From: Pelagomonas calceolata
Lineage: Eukaryota
Assembly (NCBI GenBank): GCA_918797485.1
Contig: CAKKNE010000006.1
Span: 248,001-312,000, forward strand
Length of the DNA stretch: 64,000 bases
Direction: 5' to 3'
Of the stretch, positions 30,886-40,546 are shown piece by piece. The position numbers and the translations under genes are program-made. Below the pieces are notes generated by a model. It had not been told where the DNA came from and made no database searches. It saw nothing but the letters and a program-made list of their open reading frames with translations. Every line of letters begins with the position of its first letter. Positions within the stretch are counted from its first letter, which is position 1.

Positions 30886-32166
30886 ATGGATCCTGACCTG
30901 CTACAGCAGCGCCTGCGCGAGGCGCGCGCCGGCCAGCAATCGACTACCTGCGCATCACTGCCTCCGGAGTTACTCGCAAGCATTGTCGAATTCGCGTTTC
31001 CCTACAATCACAATCATCATTACACCTCGTGGAGCGGCTCATGGCTAGGCAGCTTTCTACGCATGGGCTGCATCAATTCTTCCTTTCTAGAGAGCCTGAA
31101 GTACGTCACCATGCTGCAGATCGACTTGAGCTACCGGCTCTTCCGGCGGTTTCCGACAGTGCCTAACGGGGTAATGCTTCCCGCGCGCTACGACGCAGAC
31201 GTAAGGCGGTGGTGCGACATCGCGAGCCGCCGACTGCGACATGTACTCATCGTGACGGAGTGTGGAGGGGGGAACGCGTTCAATCCCGTCCAGACGAAGC
31301 ATATTGTGGACTGCGTCGCCTCTTTCCCAAACGTGTGTGAATTTACCTTGAACAATACGGAGACGGTCTCTACCTGCATGTCACTCTCTGCGGCACTGCG
31401 CGCGGGGCGGTTCAGCATTCTCCAGAAACTTACTATAGATGGTGCCGGTGACATGTGCATTCTAAAAAAAACAACTTCTTCAACGTTCAACGTGAGGCGG
31501 ATAGCGAAGTTCGCCTTCCAAGAGCTCATCTCCGTGCTCCCGCCCGACCGAGGCATTGAGTGCTTGGTTGAAGGGGTATTTCCGGAGCTGATGGAAATCG
31601 GCGACGAGACTTCTTGGGGCCTGTGGGCCGCGACGTTCTTCAGCCTGGTCGGAAAGGGCGTGGACGTGCGTTCACGACCGATCCTTGGTGAAATTGCGTA
31701 CATGCATCAGAATAGCTACGAGGGCTTCCGAGAGTCTCTCGACGGGATGAGGACGTTCTACGGCACCGTCGAGCTGCTGCTCACGGAACACGGCGTCGAT
31801 CCTAATGCTCCTTATGACGTTGCGCATTGGATGTCTCGCACTCCGCTGTGGATGATATTGGACTCGCTCGCGGAGACGATTGAGGTTGTTCAGAGTGATC
31901 TTCTGGCCGAGGCTGACCCGGAGGTCGACTCTGATTTTGAACCGGAGATTGATTCCGAGCTGGTCGTGCCGATGCTTCGTTTCTTCATGCGCACCGTCGA
32001 CCTGCTCGTCCGGCACGGCGCGAGGAGCACGAGGGCCGACTGCGTGACGCGTTCCGGACGCGATGACACTACATTGCATCCCTGGATCCTCGCGCGCCCC
32101 GACTGCACGCAGGCGATCCGGGACGCGGTGGCCCGGGGGGAGCTGTTCCATGACAAACATGGATGA
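30886..32166 (+). CDS. Hypothetical protein with an F-box-like N-terminal motif
   Basis: SLPPELLASIVEFA; ankyrin-like LLTEHGVDPNA...TPLW near the C-terminus; visibly lower GC than its neighbours. Confidence 0.6.
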   Translation: MDPDLLQQRLREARAGQQSTTCASLPPELLASIVEFAFPYNHNHHYTSWSGSWLGSFLRMGCINSSFLESLKYVTMLQIDLSYRLFRRFPTVPNGVMLPARYDADVRRWCDIASRRLRHVLIVTECGGGNAFNPVQTKHIVDCVASFPNVCEFTLNNTETVSTCMSLSAALRAGRFSILQKLTIDGAGDMCILKKTTSSTFNVRRIAKFAFQELISVLPPDRGIECLVEGVFPELMEIGDETSWGLWAATFFSLVGKGVDVRSRPILGEIAYMHQNSYEGFRESLDGMRTFYGTVELLLTEHGVDPNAPYDVAHWMSRTPLWMILDSLAETIEVVQSDLLAEADPEVDSDFEPEIDSELVVPMLRFFMRTVDLLVRHGARSTRADCVTRSGRDDTTLHPWILARPDCTQAIRDAVARGELFHDKHG

Positions 32167-32187
32167 TAAAGACTAATTTGAACAATA

Positions 32188-33807
32188 CTAGAACAACCGC
32201 AGCCCCCACGCCAGGATGAAAAGAGCAAGAAACGGCCGCACGACGCGGTCCCGCAGCACGCGACGCACCCTACCCCCGACACCCCCCGGCACGTCGTCGA
32301 CGGGCCGCGACACCGACACCGCGCCCGAGCTCCCGAGCCGCATGAAGACTCCTAAATCGACATCGCCCGGCCGCCGCGCCGGCTCCCGTAGTGTGTCGGG
32401 CGTCAATGAGACGCGCCCCCGCCGCAAGTCCAAATCAAAGCGCACCGACGCCACTTCATTCGCAGGCGAATCATACCCAAAGGTCACCAAGGCCGCCGGC
32501 GTCGGCGCGCGGAACACTTCCACAAATTCTGGTTCCGGTGGAGGCGGCGCCTCCTCCTCCTCCGTGGGTGGAGATTCCTGGTCGTTCTCTGCGCAAATCT
32601 CGACGTGCGTCTCGTGCTCGTGGGGGTCGTGGGGTTCCTCGACGACGACCGGCGCGGTTTTCTTCGACCGGCGCGTCCGTCGCGACAGGAGCCGCAGCCT
32701 GCGTGGAACACCGTCGACGCGGCGACGGCGTGGAGCTCGACGCCATCGATGCGAGGACGCCGCGCCGCACGGATCCATGTCCAAGACCGGGGGCTCGTCG
32801 TGGCCCGTGCCCGGCGGCGCGATCCGGATCGTCGTGGGAGCGAACGCTATTTCCGCCGCGTTCCTGACAGCAGCCGCCGCCGCCTCGGCGCGAGCATCCC
32901 CTTCAAAACACAGTTCCACGACCATCTCCCGCGCGACGATGCGCTTCGCGATGAAGGCGTATTTCTGATTCGGCGGCGTGTTGAACGAGGCCCAGCACTT
33001 TTTTAAGTCTGCCACGCGTGACGAATTGTCTACACTTCGCGCGTCGACGCCGGAGAAGGTCACTCTTAATGTAGCGTTGCTCCCGCGAGCAAAGGGCGTC
33101 TCTACCCTTCGCGCCACACATACCAACTCGTCAATCAAATAACGAGCGCCCTCGACGGTCGGGTGCTCGCGCATGTAGGAAGGTAAGGGCCCGAACAACG
33201 ACCGCCACTCGATGCCCGCTCGCCTTAACTCGGCATTGGTAGGTCGCTGCAGTTTTTGATCAAAGTCGAGCTCGGCCTTGGATATTCTAACCTCGAGTGG
33301 ATCTCTATTTAATGTAAACACCGACGTCCAAGCTATTGAGACCGCATCACAAGCACATCGCGTGAGCTGCAAGGGCCAGTTCGTGTCCGTGCAGAGCGGG
33401 TTGAACAGCTTGTTTATGGCTCTCGCGTCGCCATTCAACCGTCGTAAGGAAGCCCGGCCCCGCCGTGCGGACACAGCTAACTGCTCCTTCGGTTCGAAGT
33501 CCGGCAGCAGCACCTCGAACTGCCGCCGGAAGAGACGGAACACTAAAGCATCGTCGAAGTCGGCGCTCGTGACACTTCTCCTCCACGCGGCGACCTCGGT
33601 CTCGGCCTTCTGCTGGTCGGGCGACCACTGCCAGGGGCCCGTGACGGGCTTTGGGGGAGGGGGCGTCGGCGGCGTCAATGGCGGCTTGTCGGCGGGCGGC
33701 GGCTCCTGGGTCGCGGCGTGGCGCCGCGTCTTTGGGTGGTGTGGTGGTCGAGACGGCTGGAGCGCGACGCCGCAGACGCCTAGCAGCAGCAGGGCGCGCG
33801 TCGACAT
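32188..33807 (-). CDS. Hypothetical signal-peptide protein (probable in-frame 72-nt intron at 32699-32770)
   Basis: MSTRALLLLGVCGVA-LQP presequence; long ORF; hydrophobic C-terminus. Confidence 0.65.
   Translation of the reverse strand: MSTRALLLLGVCGVALQPSRPPHHPKTRRHAATQEPPPADKPPLTPPTPPPPKPVTGPWQWSPDQQKAETEVAAWRRSVTSADFDDALVFRLFRRQFEVLLPDFEPKEQLAVSARRGRASLRRLNGDARAINKLFNPLCTDTNWPLQLTRCACDAVSIAWTSVFTLNRDPLEVRISKAELDFDQKLQRPTNAELRRAGIEWRSLFGPLPSYMREHPTVEGARYLIDELVCVARRVETPFARGSNATLRVTFSGVDARSVDNSSRVADLKKCWASFNTPPNQKYAFIAKRIVAREMVVELCFEGDARAEAAAAAVRNAAEIAFAPTTIRIAPPGTGHDEPPVLDMDPCGAASSHRWRRAPRRRRVDGVPRRLRLLSRRTRRSKKTAPVVVEEPHDPHEHETHVEICAENDQESPPTEEEEAPPPPEPEFVEVFRAPTPAALVTFGYDSPANEVASVRFDLDLRRGRVSLTPDTLREPARRPGDVDLGVFMRLGSSGAVSVSRPVDDVPGGVGGRVRRVLRDRVVRPFLALFILAWGLRLF
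32699..32770 (-). other. Probable 72-nt GT-AG intron with introner-related core
   Basis: GTGCGG...GCATCGATGGCGTCGA...TTCCACGCAG; its end resembles the introner TIR; length is a multiple of 3. Confidence 0.6.
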
Positions 33808-33986
33808 CGTTAGCTGAGGCCAACTGCTGGGCTGCACTCAAACCACCTCACTGTTGTCTGAGCGAATCGATGCCCTTCTTTTTCTCCCGCTGGCACAGGG
33901 CAGTAAAATAGCGCAGTCCTATCAATCAATCACTAACGCTGCTCTATGCGCTGAGGTACGGCCGGTTTTAAGATGAAAGGCTGTGT

Positions 33987-34010
33987 GCTAGTGTCTCACA
34001 TGACGCTAGC
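33987..34010 (+). promoter_or_regulatory. Paired-CTAG intergenic motif
   Basis: GCTAGTGTCTCACATGACGCTAGC, centred between divergent genes. Confidence 0.55.
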
Positions 34011-34141
34011 AAGCGGCCGGGTCGCGAGCTTGTAAAAAACACTCTGTGAGGCGCACTTTTGCAGCTCAAATCACGTTTTGCACTCGTGCCAGCGCCAGCG
34101 CGTCGCTGACTGCTCCGCTCAGCCACACGCCGTCGACGTGC

Positions 34142-35718
34142 ATGCGCACCCATGGGCTCCTTCCTCGAGGACCTGCTCGAGCCGGGCACTGCCATCAAAA
34201 TGGTGCCGGTCGCCAACGCGGCGCTCATAGCACTCATGGTGGTGATGCTGGCAAGTGCCGTCGCGTGGCCGAACATCGCGATCCATCTGTACGCGATGAC
34301 CGGGCTCGCCCTGGGCCTCTTCGGCTCGCTCAACTGGGTCGCGAAAGAGCTCCAGCGCGAAAAGGCAGACTAGCACTCCTGCTTTTGCTGCACGCCGTCG
34401 ACGCCGTGAATCTGTACGATGTAGTCAGACGGCCGCCGCCGCGTCGGAGCGCGCCTTCATTCTTTGAAGTGCCTGCGTCGAACGGCACGCTCGTCCAGGT
34501 GCCCAAGTTGATCTACGCGACGGCGCACAAGCGCCACCGAACTGCGGAGCTGGTGAAGAAGGCGTTCGACGCTGGTTTCCGAGGTGTGGACACGGCGCAC
34601 GGCGAGCGGAAGCGGTACAACGAGAGCGCCGTCGGCGAGGCTCTGGTCGACGGCGTCTTTCTGTGCATAAATCAAATTCTCGCGGCGCGGCACATCAACG
34701 CGACGCCAGCTCGATGGCGTGGCGGTTGTGGGTCTTACACCACTCGATTCAGTCATCACGGCCTGCGCCCGGCTTACTGTTTGATTTGCGCACAGGCGTC
34801 TTCGTGCAGCTCAAGGTCCACTACACGGCGTCGTCGTCGGGCGATGCCGGGCGACGGTGCTACGCGGCGGCGCGGCGCGGCCTCGACGAGCTGGGCGTGG
34901 CTCGCGTCGGCGGTCTTTTATTGCGGGGCCCGTCGGAGGAGGCGCGGCAAACTAGCAAGCTGACAGACGACGACGTCGCGGCGTGGCGCGCTGTGTGGAA
35001 ATCAACCAGTGTGTCGGGTGCACCCGATAATTCTTCACTAAGTCAATTCTCGGCGATGACGTGCCCGCGCTGGCTGATACGCGTCGTCGTGAGAGACCCA
35101 CGCCGCCACGCCATCGAGCAGGCGTCGCGTCGATGGCGTGGAGGACGAAGCGATCACGCGCCGTACATTTGATTTCCACACAGGTGGCGCGCGCTGCAGC
35201 GCTTGGTGAAGGAAGGCCGCACCGATTTGATTGGCGTGTGCAACTTCCCGCCGCCACTCCTGGAAGAACTTCTACGATTGGACGGGCCTAGATGTAGCCT
35301 GCACCAGACACGGTTGCGAGCCGACCGCGCGTTCAACGGCGAGGACCGCGCTTTAGCTGAAAAACATGGCGTCGTGCTCCAGGCTCCTGGGCTTGTGACG
35401 ACGAACGCGCCCGCGCTGCGGCGGTCCTCGGCGCTGTCGGCGCTGGCGGCGAAGCGGGGCGCGACGCCGGAACGGACGTTGTTGGCCTTTGCTCTGCGGC
35501 TTGGTGTCGTCGCCGTCGTCGGTTCCGCGTCCCCGAAGCACGTCCTGGACGACCTCGGCGCTGTGGAGTTGGCGGCTTCGTTGTCTCCTTCCGACATCGA
35601 CGGCGTGCTTGCTGCCCATCCGGATCGGCACAAACCTGATACGCGGCGGGGGATGCGGCGCGGGCCCAAAAAACGGAAGCGGTCCCTGCGCGGCCGCGGC
35701 GGCGGGGCCCGCGTGTGA
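34142..35718 (+). CDS. Aldo-keto reductase family protein (exons ?-34652, 34796-34982, 35184-35718); 5' end uncertain
   Basis: VPKLIYAT, AFDAGFRGVDTA, RYNESAVGEAL, VFVQLK, WRALQRLVKEGRTDLIGVCNF, LAAKRGATPER. Two introner introns restore the frame. Confidence 0.82.
34152..34373 (+). CDS. Pkr1-like V-ATPase assembly factor (small 2-TM ER protein)
   Basis: MGSFLEDLLEPGT...N.ALIAL...IHLYAM..LALGLFGSLNWVAKEL fits the Pkr1 pattern as recalled. Confidence 0.7.
   Translation: MGSFLEDLLEPGTAIKMVPVANAALIALMVVMLASAVAWPNIAIHLYAMTGLALGLFGSLNWVAKELQREKAD
34653..34795 (+). mobile_element. Introner intron (GC-AG, 143 nt)
   Basis: TSD GCGTCTTT / GCGTCTTC; TIR CTGTGCATAAATCAAA / TTTGATTTGCGCACAG (14/16). 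Confidence 0.9.
34983..35183 (+). mobile_element. Introner intron (GT-AG, 201 nt)
   Basis: Perfect 8-bp TSD GTGGCGCG at 34983 and 35184; TIR CTGTGTGGAAATCAA / TTGATTTCCACACAG; internal 12-bp hairpin. Confidence 0.95.
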
Positions 35719-36000
35719 GTAATGCGGTTTGTGGTTATGATATTCGTGCACGGAACTTCTAGACGCTCATTGCCAGTCGTTGAGACGCGTGCGCGAGTCT
35801 GCTTTTCCCACCCCGATTTACAGTTATTTTGGCACAGCCTCTCTTTTTAGGGGTGATTTGCGAGGGCGCGACGGCGCGCGGCAAACAGTTACGTATCTCA
35901 CGTCGGTAACAATCACTCACACGGCGTCGACGCGAAGCGACAAGCCGAGATACGCCCCCGCGGTGGATAAAACCACAGCAGTAACTGATCGAAAAAAACG

Positions 36001-36447
36001 ATGCCGGCGACGCGGCGGACGCGAGCACAGACCGCCAAGGGTCCCAAAGTGAGCCTCGACACGATCCTGCTCGCCACCGCGGTCGGCGCCGGCGCCGCGG
36101 CGTATTTCTTCCTCGACGTCGCCCCAGAGGTCGTCGTCGCGTCATGTGTGGCGGCCGTGACGGTCGTGCTCATCTACGGCGGCAAGGTCCAGAAATACGT
36201 GCGGGGGCGCAAGCCCAAGGCCGCCAAGCCCAAGGCCGCGGCGTCGCCGAAGCCGACGCGCGTGCAGCCGAAGCGTTCGGCGACGCCGGAGCCCCTGAGC
36301 CGCAAGCCGAGCTCGCCCAAGAAGCCGGCCGCGAAGCCCGCGGCCAAGCCGGCGGCCTCGCCCAAGCCGAAGCGCGCCGCGGCCGCGTCGCCCAAGCCCG
36401 CGGGACCGCGGCGATCGGCACGGCAGGCCGGCAAGCCGGCGAAGTAA
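36001..36447 (+). CDS. Small 2-TM protein with a histone-H1-like Lys/Ala/Pro SPK tail
   Basis: ILLATAVGAGAAAYFFL and VVVASCVAAVTVVLIY, then KPKAAKPKAAASPK repeats ending PRRSARQAGK. Confidence 0.72.
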   Translation: MPATRRTRAQTAKGPKVSLDTILLATAVGAGAAAYFFLDVAPEVVVASCVAAVTVVLIYGGKVQKYVRGRKPKAAKPKAAASPKPTRVQPKRSATPEPLSRKPSSPKKPAAKPAAKPAASPKPKRAAAASPKPAGPRRSARQAGKPAK

Positions 36448-36736
36448 GGCCGCGCCGGCGGTCCGCGTCCGCCGCCCCGCGCCGCCCTGCCACGCGACGC
36501 GCTCCTGGATAGCGCGGCGCGGCCGGGCGGCCGGGCGCCGGCGCGGATCACCGACCAAGCCCTTGCGTTTGCCACGACCCCTCCCCTTTCCGATTCGCTT
36601 GGGACCGTAGGTTCAGTGAAAAAAACACTAGACAATCTAGCATCAGCTGCCGCAGGGACAGACACAGCGCTCGGCGCTCTCGCCCCCCGCCCCAGGGCCC
36701 AGGCTTCCATATTACAAGCTTACAGACGACGGAGCT

Positions 36737-38806
36737 CTAGTCGTCCTCCCCGGGCACCCGGAGCTGCTTCATGTATCGCGACGCCGTGTTGCCATTCGCA
36801 AACGTGATGGTGCAGCGGCCCCGGTATCCTAGCACCCCGACCGTAACGCGTTCGCCGGTGACGGAGTCGCGCATCACCCCCGAATCCAACGCCTTCTTAA
36901 AGTCCGTGTCCGACCATTCTCCCGTCGCACAATCAAATCCGTAGAAAAGAGGCCTATCATCCGTATGTTCATGCACGTATCGGCACCGTTCGGTTGGATC
37001 GGGACGGTTTTTTCTAGTGCAAGCAGAACCTTGTGGACATGGTTGGTTGAAGACCGCCAAGTCCAAATTGCCGGAACGTTCCGCAGCCATATTTTGTACT
37101 CGGCGCGTTTCCGCCTCGCGCTTTGCCAAGTAGGCCTCGCGGCCTTCGGTCCCCCTTTCCGATGGCAACAAGTCCTCGACCGACGGCCGCGGCGGCGCTT
37201 GAGCCGCAGAATACAGACCAGCAGGCGACCCCGTCTCCCTTAATATCATAGCATCATCTGCTTTGGGCTTCCTCGCCGCGGCCATATTTAAATACCAGGG
37301 CGCCGCGTTTGTTACTAGGCCGTCCTCACCAATGAGAAATCGGCGCGGCGTCTCCTCGTCCTCGGCCGACGCCTCGTCCTCCTCCGACGACGAGAACCCA
37401 GAGCTGCGCAGCTCGAGCGGTGGCAGCTTCCCCAGTAATGCATCGAGAGGGCTGTCCGGGAGCTGTTGCACGAGCACAAAGAGCTTTTCGTGCCCCTTGT
37501 CGCTCCGTAGCCTTCTCGGCTCCTCGAAATCAATCACTACTGGCGGCGTCACGTTGGGAGCGCACTGCCGCCGCGGCGCGAATATCGACGCCAGCGGGAC
37601 GTCGACGCCTCTGACTGAGCTGCGCCACGTGTTGCTCGCCTCGATCAGCATGCCCGGGCGTTCCGACCAGTTGTCCTCGTTGAGGGCCCAGTCGCCGTCG
37701 TCCTCGCCGCGCCGGAACTCGTCCTTCAGCAATTCTAAGGCTGCGTCCCCTGGTGCCAGCTCCGCCGTCGCGGTCGACATGGACGACGCGCCGGGCCGCC
37801 CCAACAACGACGGCACCGGGGGCGCGTCGTCGTCATCATCTGACGATGATGAGGCCTTCGCCTCCACGCCGGCCGCGGCCAGGAGCCGCGCGAGATGAGC
37901 GCATGTCGCAGAGTTACCACGCGAGGAAGAAACTGCGCCGCTGTGGAAGCGCAAAGTTGTGAGGAGCGCGTCTTTTCGATCAGCGCAAGTTTGAATCGCG
38001 GTGCCCGACGCCTCCCACCTCCAGACCTGACCATCCGCGCCGTCGCAGAGCGCACACCGGACCCTACCATCCACCAAAGCCTCAAACTGGCGCCGCGGCG
38101 TACCGTCGGCCGCCTGGAAGCCGTTCCTAAAACTTTGACCGGCGTAACTGACCGTAAGCACGCCGTCGAGCTGCGCCTGCAGGTACTCCACGCGCGTCAG
38201 AGGGCGCGAGCAGAACGCGGCCTCGTCGTCGGTCAAGACCGTAGGTACCAGTTGCGACTTCCGGAGCGGTACAACAGTGCCGCTCGTCGTGCGCACGTCC
38301 AGGGTCTGTCGAGCTCTCCCGCGGAGTGAAACCACACCGCGTACGGCCGCGTCGTCCTTGGCCTGCACGGGCGTGCCGACCGCGGGCGGTGGGGCGCCAG
38401 CGCGGGCCCACGGCGGCGGCGGTGCCGGCGCTGGCGCTGCCGGCACGACGGCGCCGAGGCCGCCGCCGAGGCCGAGCGACCGCATGAACGCCTCGTTCCG
38501 CGCGATGCGCTCGTCGCGCTCGATCTCGTACTGGGACTTGGGCGGGGGGACCTCGTCCGTCGCGTCCTGCGTGAGCGGGACGCCGCCGTCGGGTCTCTCG
38601 CCGCCGCTTTTCCGAGGCCTTCTGTTCGCGCTGCCAGGAGCGTCTCGCGGTCTCGCGGCCTTGTCCGGAGACCCGGGGCCGCGGCCGACCATCTCGAGCC
38701 GCCGCGCCGCGTCGTCGACGTCCGCATCGAGCGCCGATCTGCTGTCGTCCGCGCGTTCCTGCCACGTCATCGCGGCGTCGACGGGGTCCCCGCCCTGGTG
38801 ATCCAT
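36737..38806 (-). CDS. Hypothetical protein with possible Zn-finger motifs
   Basis: 689-aa ORF; SQYEIERDERIARNEAFMRSLGL motif; CALC...H...H and CPQGSAC...CRYVH (CCCH-like). Confidence 0.62.
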   Translation of the reverse strand: MDHQGGDPVDAAMTWQERADDSRSALDADVDDAARRLEMVGRGPGSPDKAARPRDAPGSANRRPRKSGGERPDGGVPLTQDATDEVPPPKSQYEIERDERIARNEAFMRSLGLGGGLGAVVPAAPAPAPPPPWARAGAPPPAVGTPVQAKDDAAVRGVVSLRGRARQTLDVRTTSGTVVPLRKSQLVPTVLTDDEAAFCSRPLTRVEYLQAQLDGVLTVSYAGQSFRNGFQAADGTPRRQFEALVDGRVRCALCDGADGQVWRWEASGTAIQTCADRKDALLTTLRFHSGAVSSSRGNSATCAHLARLLAAAGVEAKASSSSDDDDDAPPVPSLLGRPGASSMSTATAELAPGDAALELLKDEFRRGEDDGDWALNEDNWSERPGMLIEASNTWRSSVRGVDVPLASIFAPRRQCAPNVTPPVVIDFEEPRRLRSDKGHEKLFVLVQQLPDSPLDALLGKLPPLELRSSGFSSSEEDEASAEDEETPRRFLIGEDGLVTNAAPWYLNMAAARKPKADDAMILRETGSPAGLYSAAQAPPRPSVEDLLPSERGTEGREAYLAKREAETRRVQNMAAERSGNLDLAVFNQPCPQGSACTRKNRPDPTERCRYVHEHTDDRPLFYGFDCATGEWSDTDFKKALDSGVMRDSVTGERVTVGVLGYRGRCTITFANGNTASRYMKQLRVPGEDD

Positions 38807-38975
38807 CGCGCGCGTGTGGCAGCAAGGTGTAGTCGAGGCAGATGATATGCAGTGGCTTCCAAAGCCGTAGGGTTCGTAAGAATTGTTGGAGGAGCTGTGA
38901 GAGTAAGCGTACGACTCCAGAGAGCTGTTTTATGCAGCCTCGCGGGCGAAATAGCCCCGCGGCGCCAGATTTTGC

Positions 38976-38998
38976 GCTAGCGGTCGGTAAGTCACTAG
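38976..38998 (-). promoter_or_regulatory. Paired-CTAG intergenic motif
   Basis: CTAGTGACTTACCGACCGCTAGC on the minus strand, centred between divergent starts at 38806 and 39186. Confidence 0.5.
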
Positions 38999-39185
38999 GA
39001 AGCAGCGCGCGCACGGCTTTGACGCTGCGTAGAGCTCGTTGTGAGAGCTTTGGAGCTTAGCACCTGCCGTTCGCGATACGTTGGCACCTCGAAAAAGCCG
39101 CTGCTGCAATCGCGTCACGTCTGGTGACGCTACGCCGCGCTACCACTGAGCAGTCATACAAGCCGCGCCAAGAGACCTCGCAAAG

Positions 39186-40319
39186 ATGTCGCTGGTGAGG
39201 ACGTCCGGCCACCAGCTGGCGCACGGCGCTTACACAGAAAAACAGCAAGCCACAAGCAACGTGCTCAAACATTCGAACATCGACGCCGTAGAGATCGCGC
39301 CGCTCATGAACGACTGGCTCCAGCACGCGTTGGCGGGCGCGTACGGCGCTTCGGCACGCCACCGCTTCATGATCGGGGCGATGGCCGGCTCACGCGCCGC
39401 GGCTTTCGCGTCCGGAATGGCGATAGTCCACGCGCGCCGCGGCTTCCTGACGGACGCGTATGTGTGCGACGAAGCGCGGGCCGCGGTGGACGCCTACGAA
39501 CGAGTGCTGGCCGTCGCGCCGCCGCTGGAGGCCTTGATTGTGTGGTCCTTCGCGGACCTGCCGCCCGCCCTGGCCGCGCGGCGCACCTACTTCCTCTCGG
39601 GCTTGGAGTGGCTGGCGCGCTGCGGCTTCGCGCTCCTCAACCGCCTCATTCGGCAGCGGCGCCTCATTATGGACCGGGCGACGTTCATGCGGCTCATCGC
39701 CTTCCTCAATGCGGACATCTGCCAGTCGCGGCGCAACATCATCCCCGGGTGGTGCCCCGAAGACGACACGCGCGTGCGGCTCGTCGTCGTCAGCTGCGTG
39801 AACGTCGTCGACTTCGCGCGCGGCCACCCGAAGCACCAGCTCGAGCTCGCGCCGCTCCTCACCGCCTGCTTCGTCGAGACGTCGAAGAAGGAGATGGTCT
39901 CGACGGCGTCGGACCGCTTCTACAAGTACCCGATCCACCAGCACTTCCTCTACTGCCTCTTGACGCACATCGGCTGCTGCGTGCCGGACGCCGAGCTCCC
40001 CCAGGTGCGCCTCCAGTTCGGGGAGGCGTGCCGGTCGATTCGCCCGATGCATCATAACTGGGGCTTCGAGACCGCCGAGGCGGGCGGCTCCGCCGGCTCG
40101 TGGTACGGCATCCACAGCAGCGTGGTCGCGCCCCCGGACGACATCGCCCGCGCGCTCCGGACGCACGGTCCGAACCACCTCCTCGACCTCACCGACAAGG
40201 CCACCGTCAAGCTCGTCCTCGCCGCCCACCAGCGCGGGACGCCGTGCGGCGCGACGCAGATCGCGCGGCTCCTGCGGAGCCGCGACGACTACGAGACGCC
40301 CGCCGTCCCTCGGGTGTAG
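39186..40319 (+). CDS. Hypothetical protein
   Basis: 377-aa ORF with strong GC3 bias. Confidence 0.62.
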   Translation: MSLVRTSGHQLAHGAYTEKQQATSNVLKHSNIDAVEIAPLMNDWLQHALAGAYGASARHRFMIGAMAGSRAAAFASGMAIVHARRGFLTDAYVCDEARAAVDAYERVLAVAPPLEALIVWSFADLPPALAARRTYFLSGLEWLARCGFALLNRLIRQRRLIMDRATFMRLIAFLNADICQSRRNIIPGWCPEDDTRVRLVVVSCVNVVDFARGHPKHQLELAPLLTACFVETSKKEMVSTASDRFYKYPIHQHFLYCLLTHIGCCVPDAELPQVRLQFGEACRSIRPMHHNWGFETAEAGGSAGSWYGIHSSVVAPPDDIARALRTHGPNHLLDLTDKATVKLVLAAHQRGTPCGATQIARLLRSRDDYETPAVPRV

Positions 40320-40546
40320 ATTGTTAAGCAGTCACTTGTTAAGAAACGCGCGACCGAACCATGTTGCTAGTGTCTTACATGCCGCTAGCGCGTAATTAGT
40401 TCGCAAGGAAATCCCGGCTTTACTCGCAGCGCAAAGTCGTCATGAATCGCAGATTCTATAAGCATTGCTCTAAGTAACCGTACGAGCAGCCCAAAGGAAT
40501 TCTCGCACTTCTGCATGGTGCCCGTGGTGTTATTAGTAACTTATTA

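Noticed and set aside
36001..36447. Histone H1
   Set aside because: No winged-helix globular domain; two TM-like segments instead.
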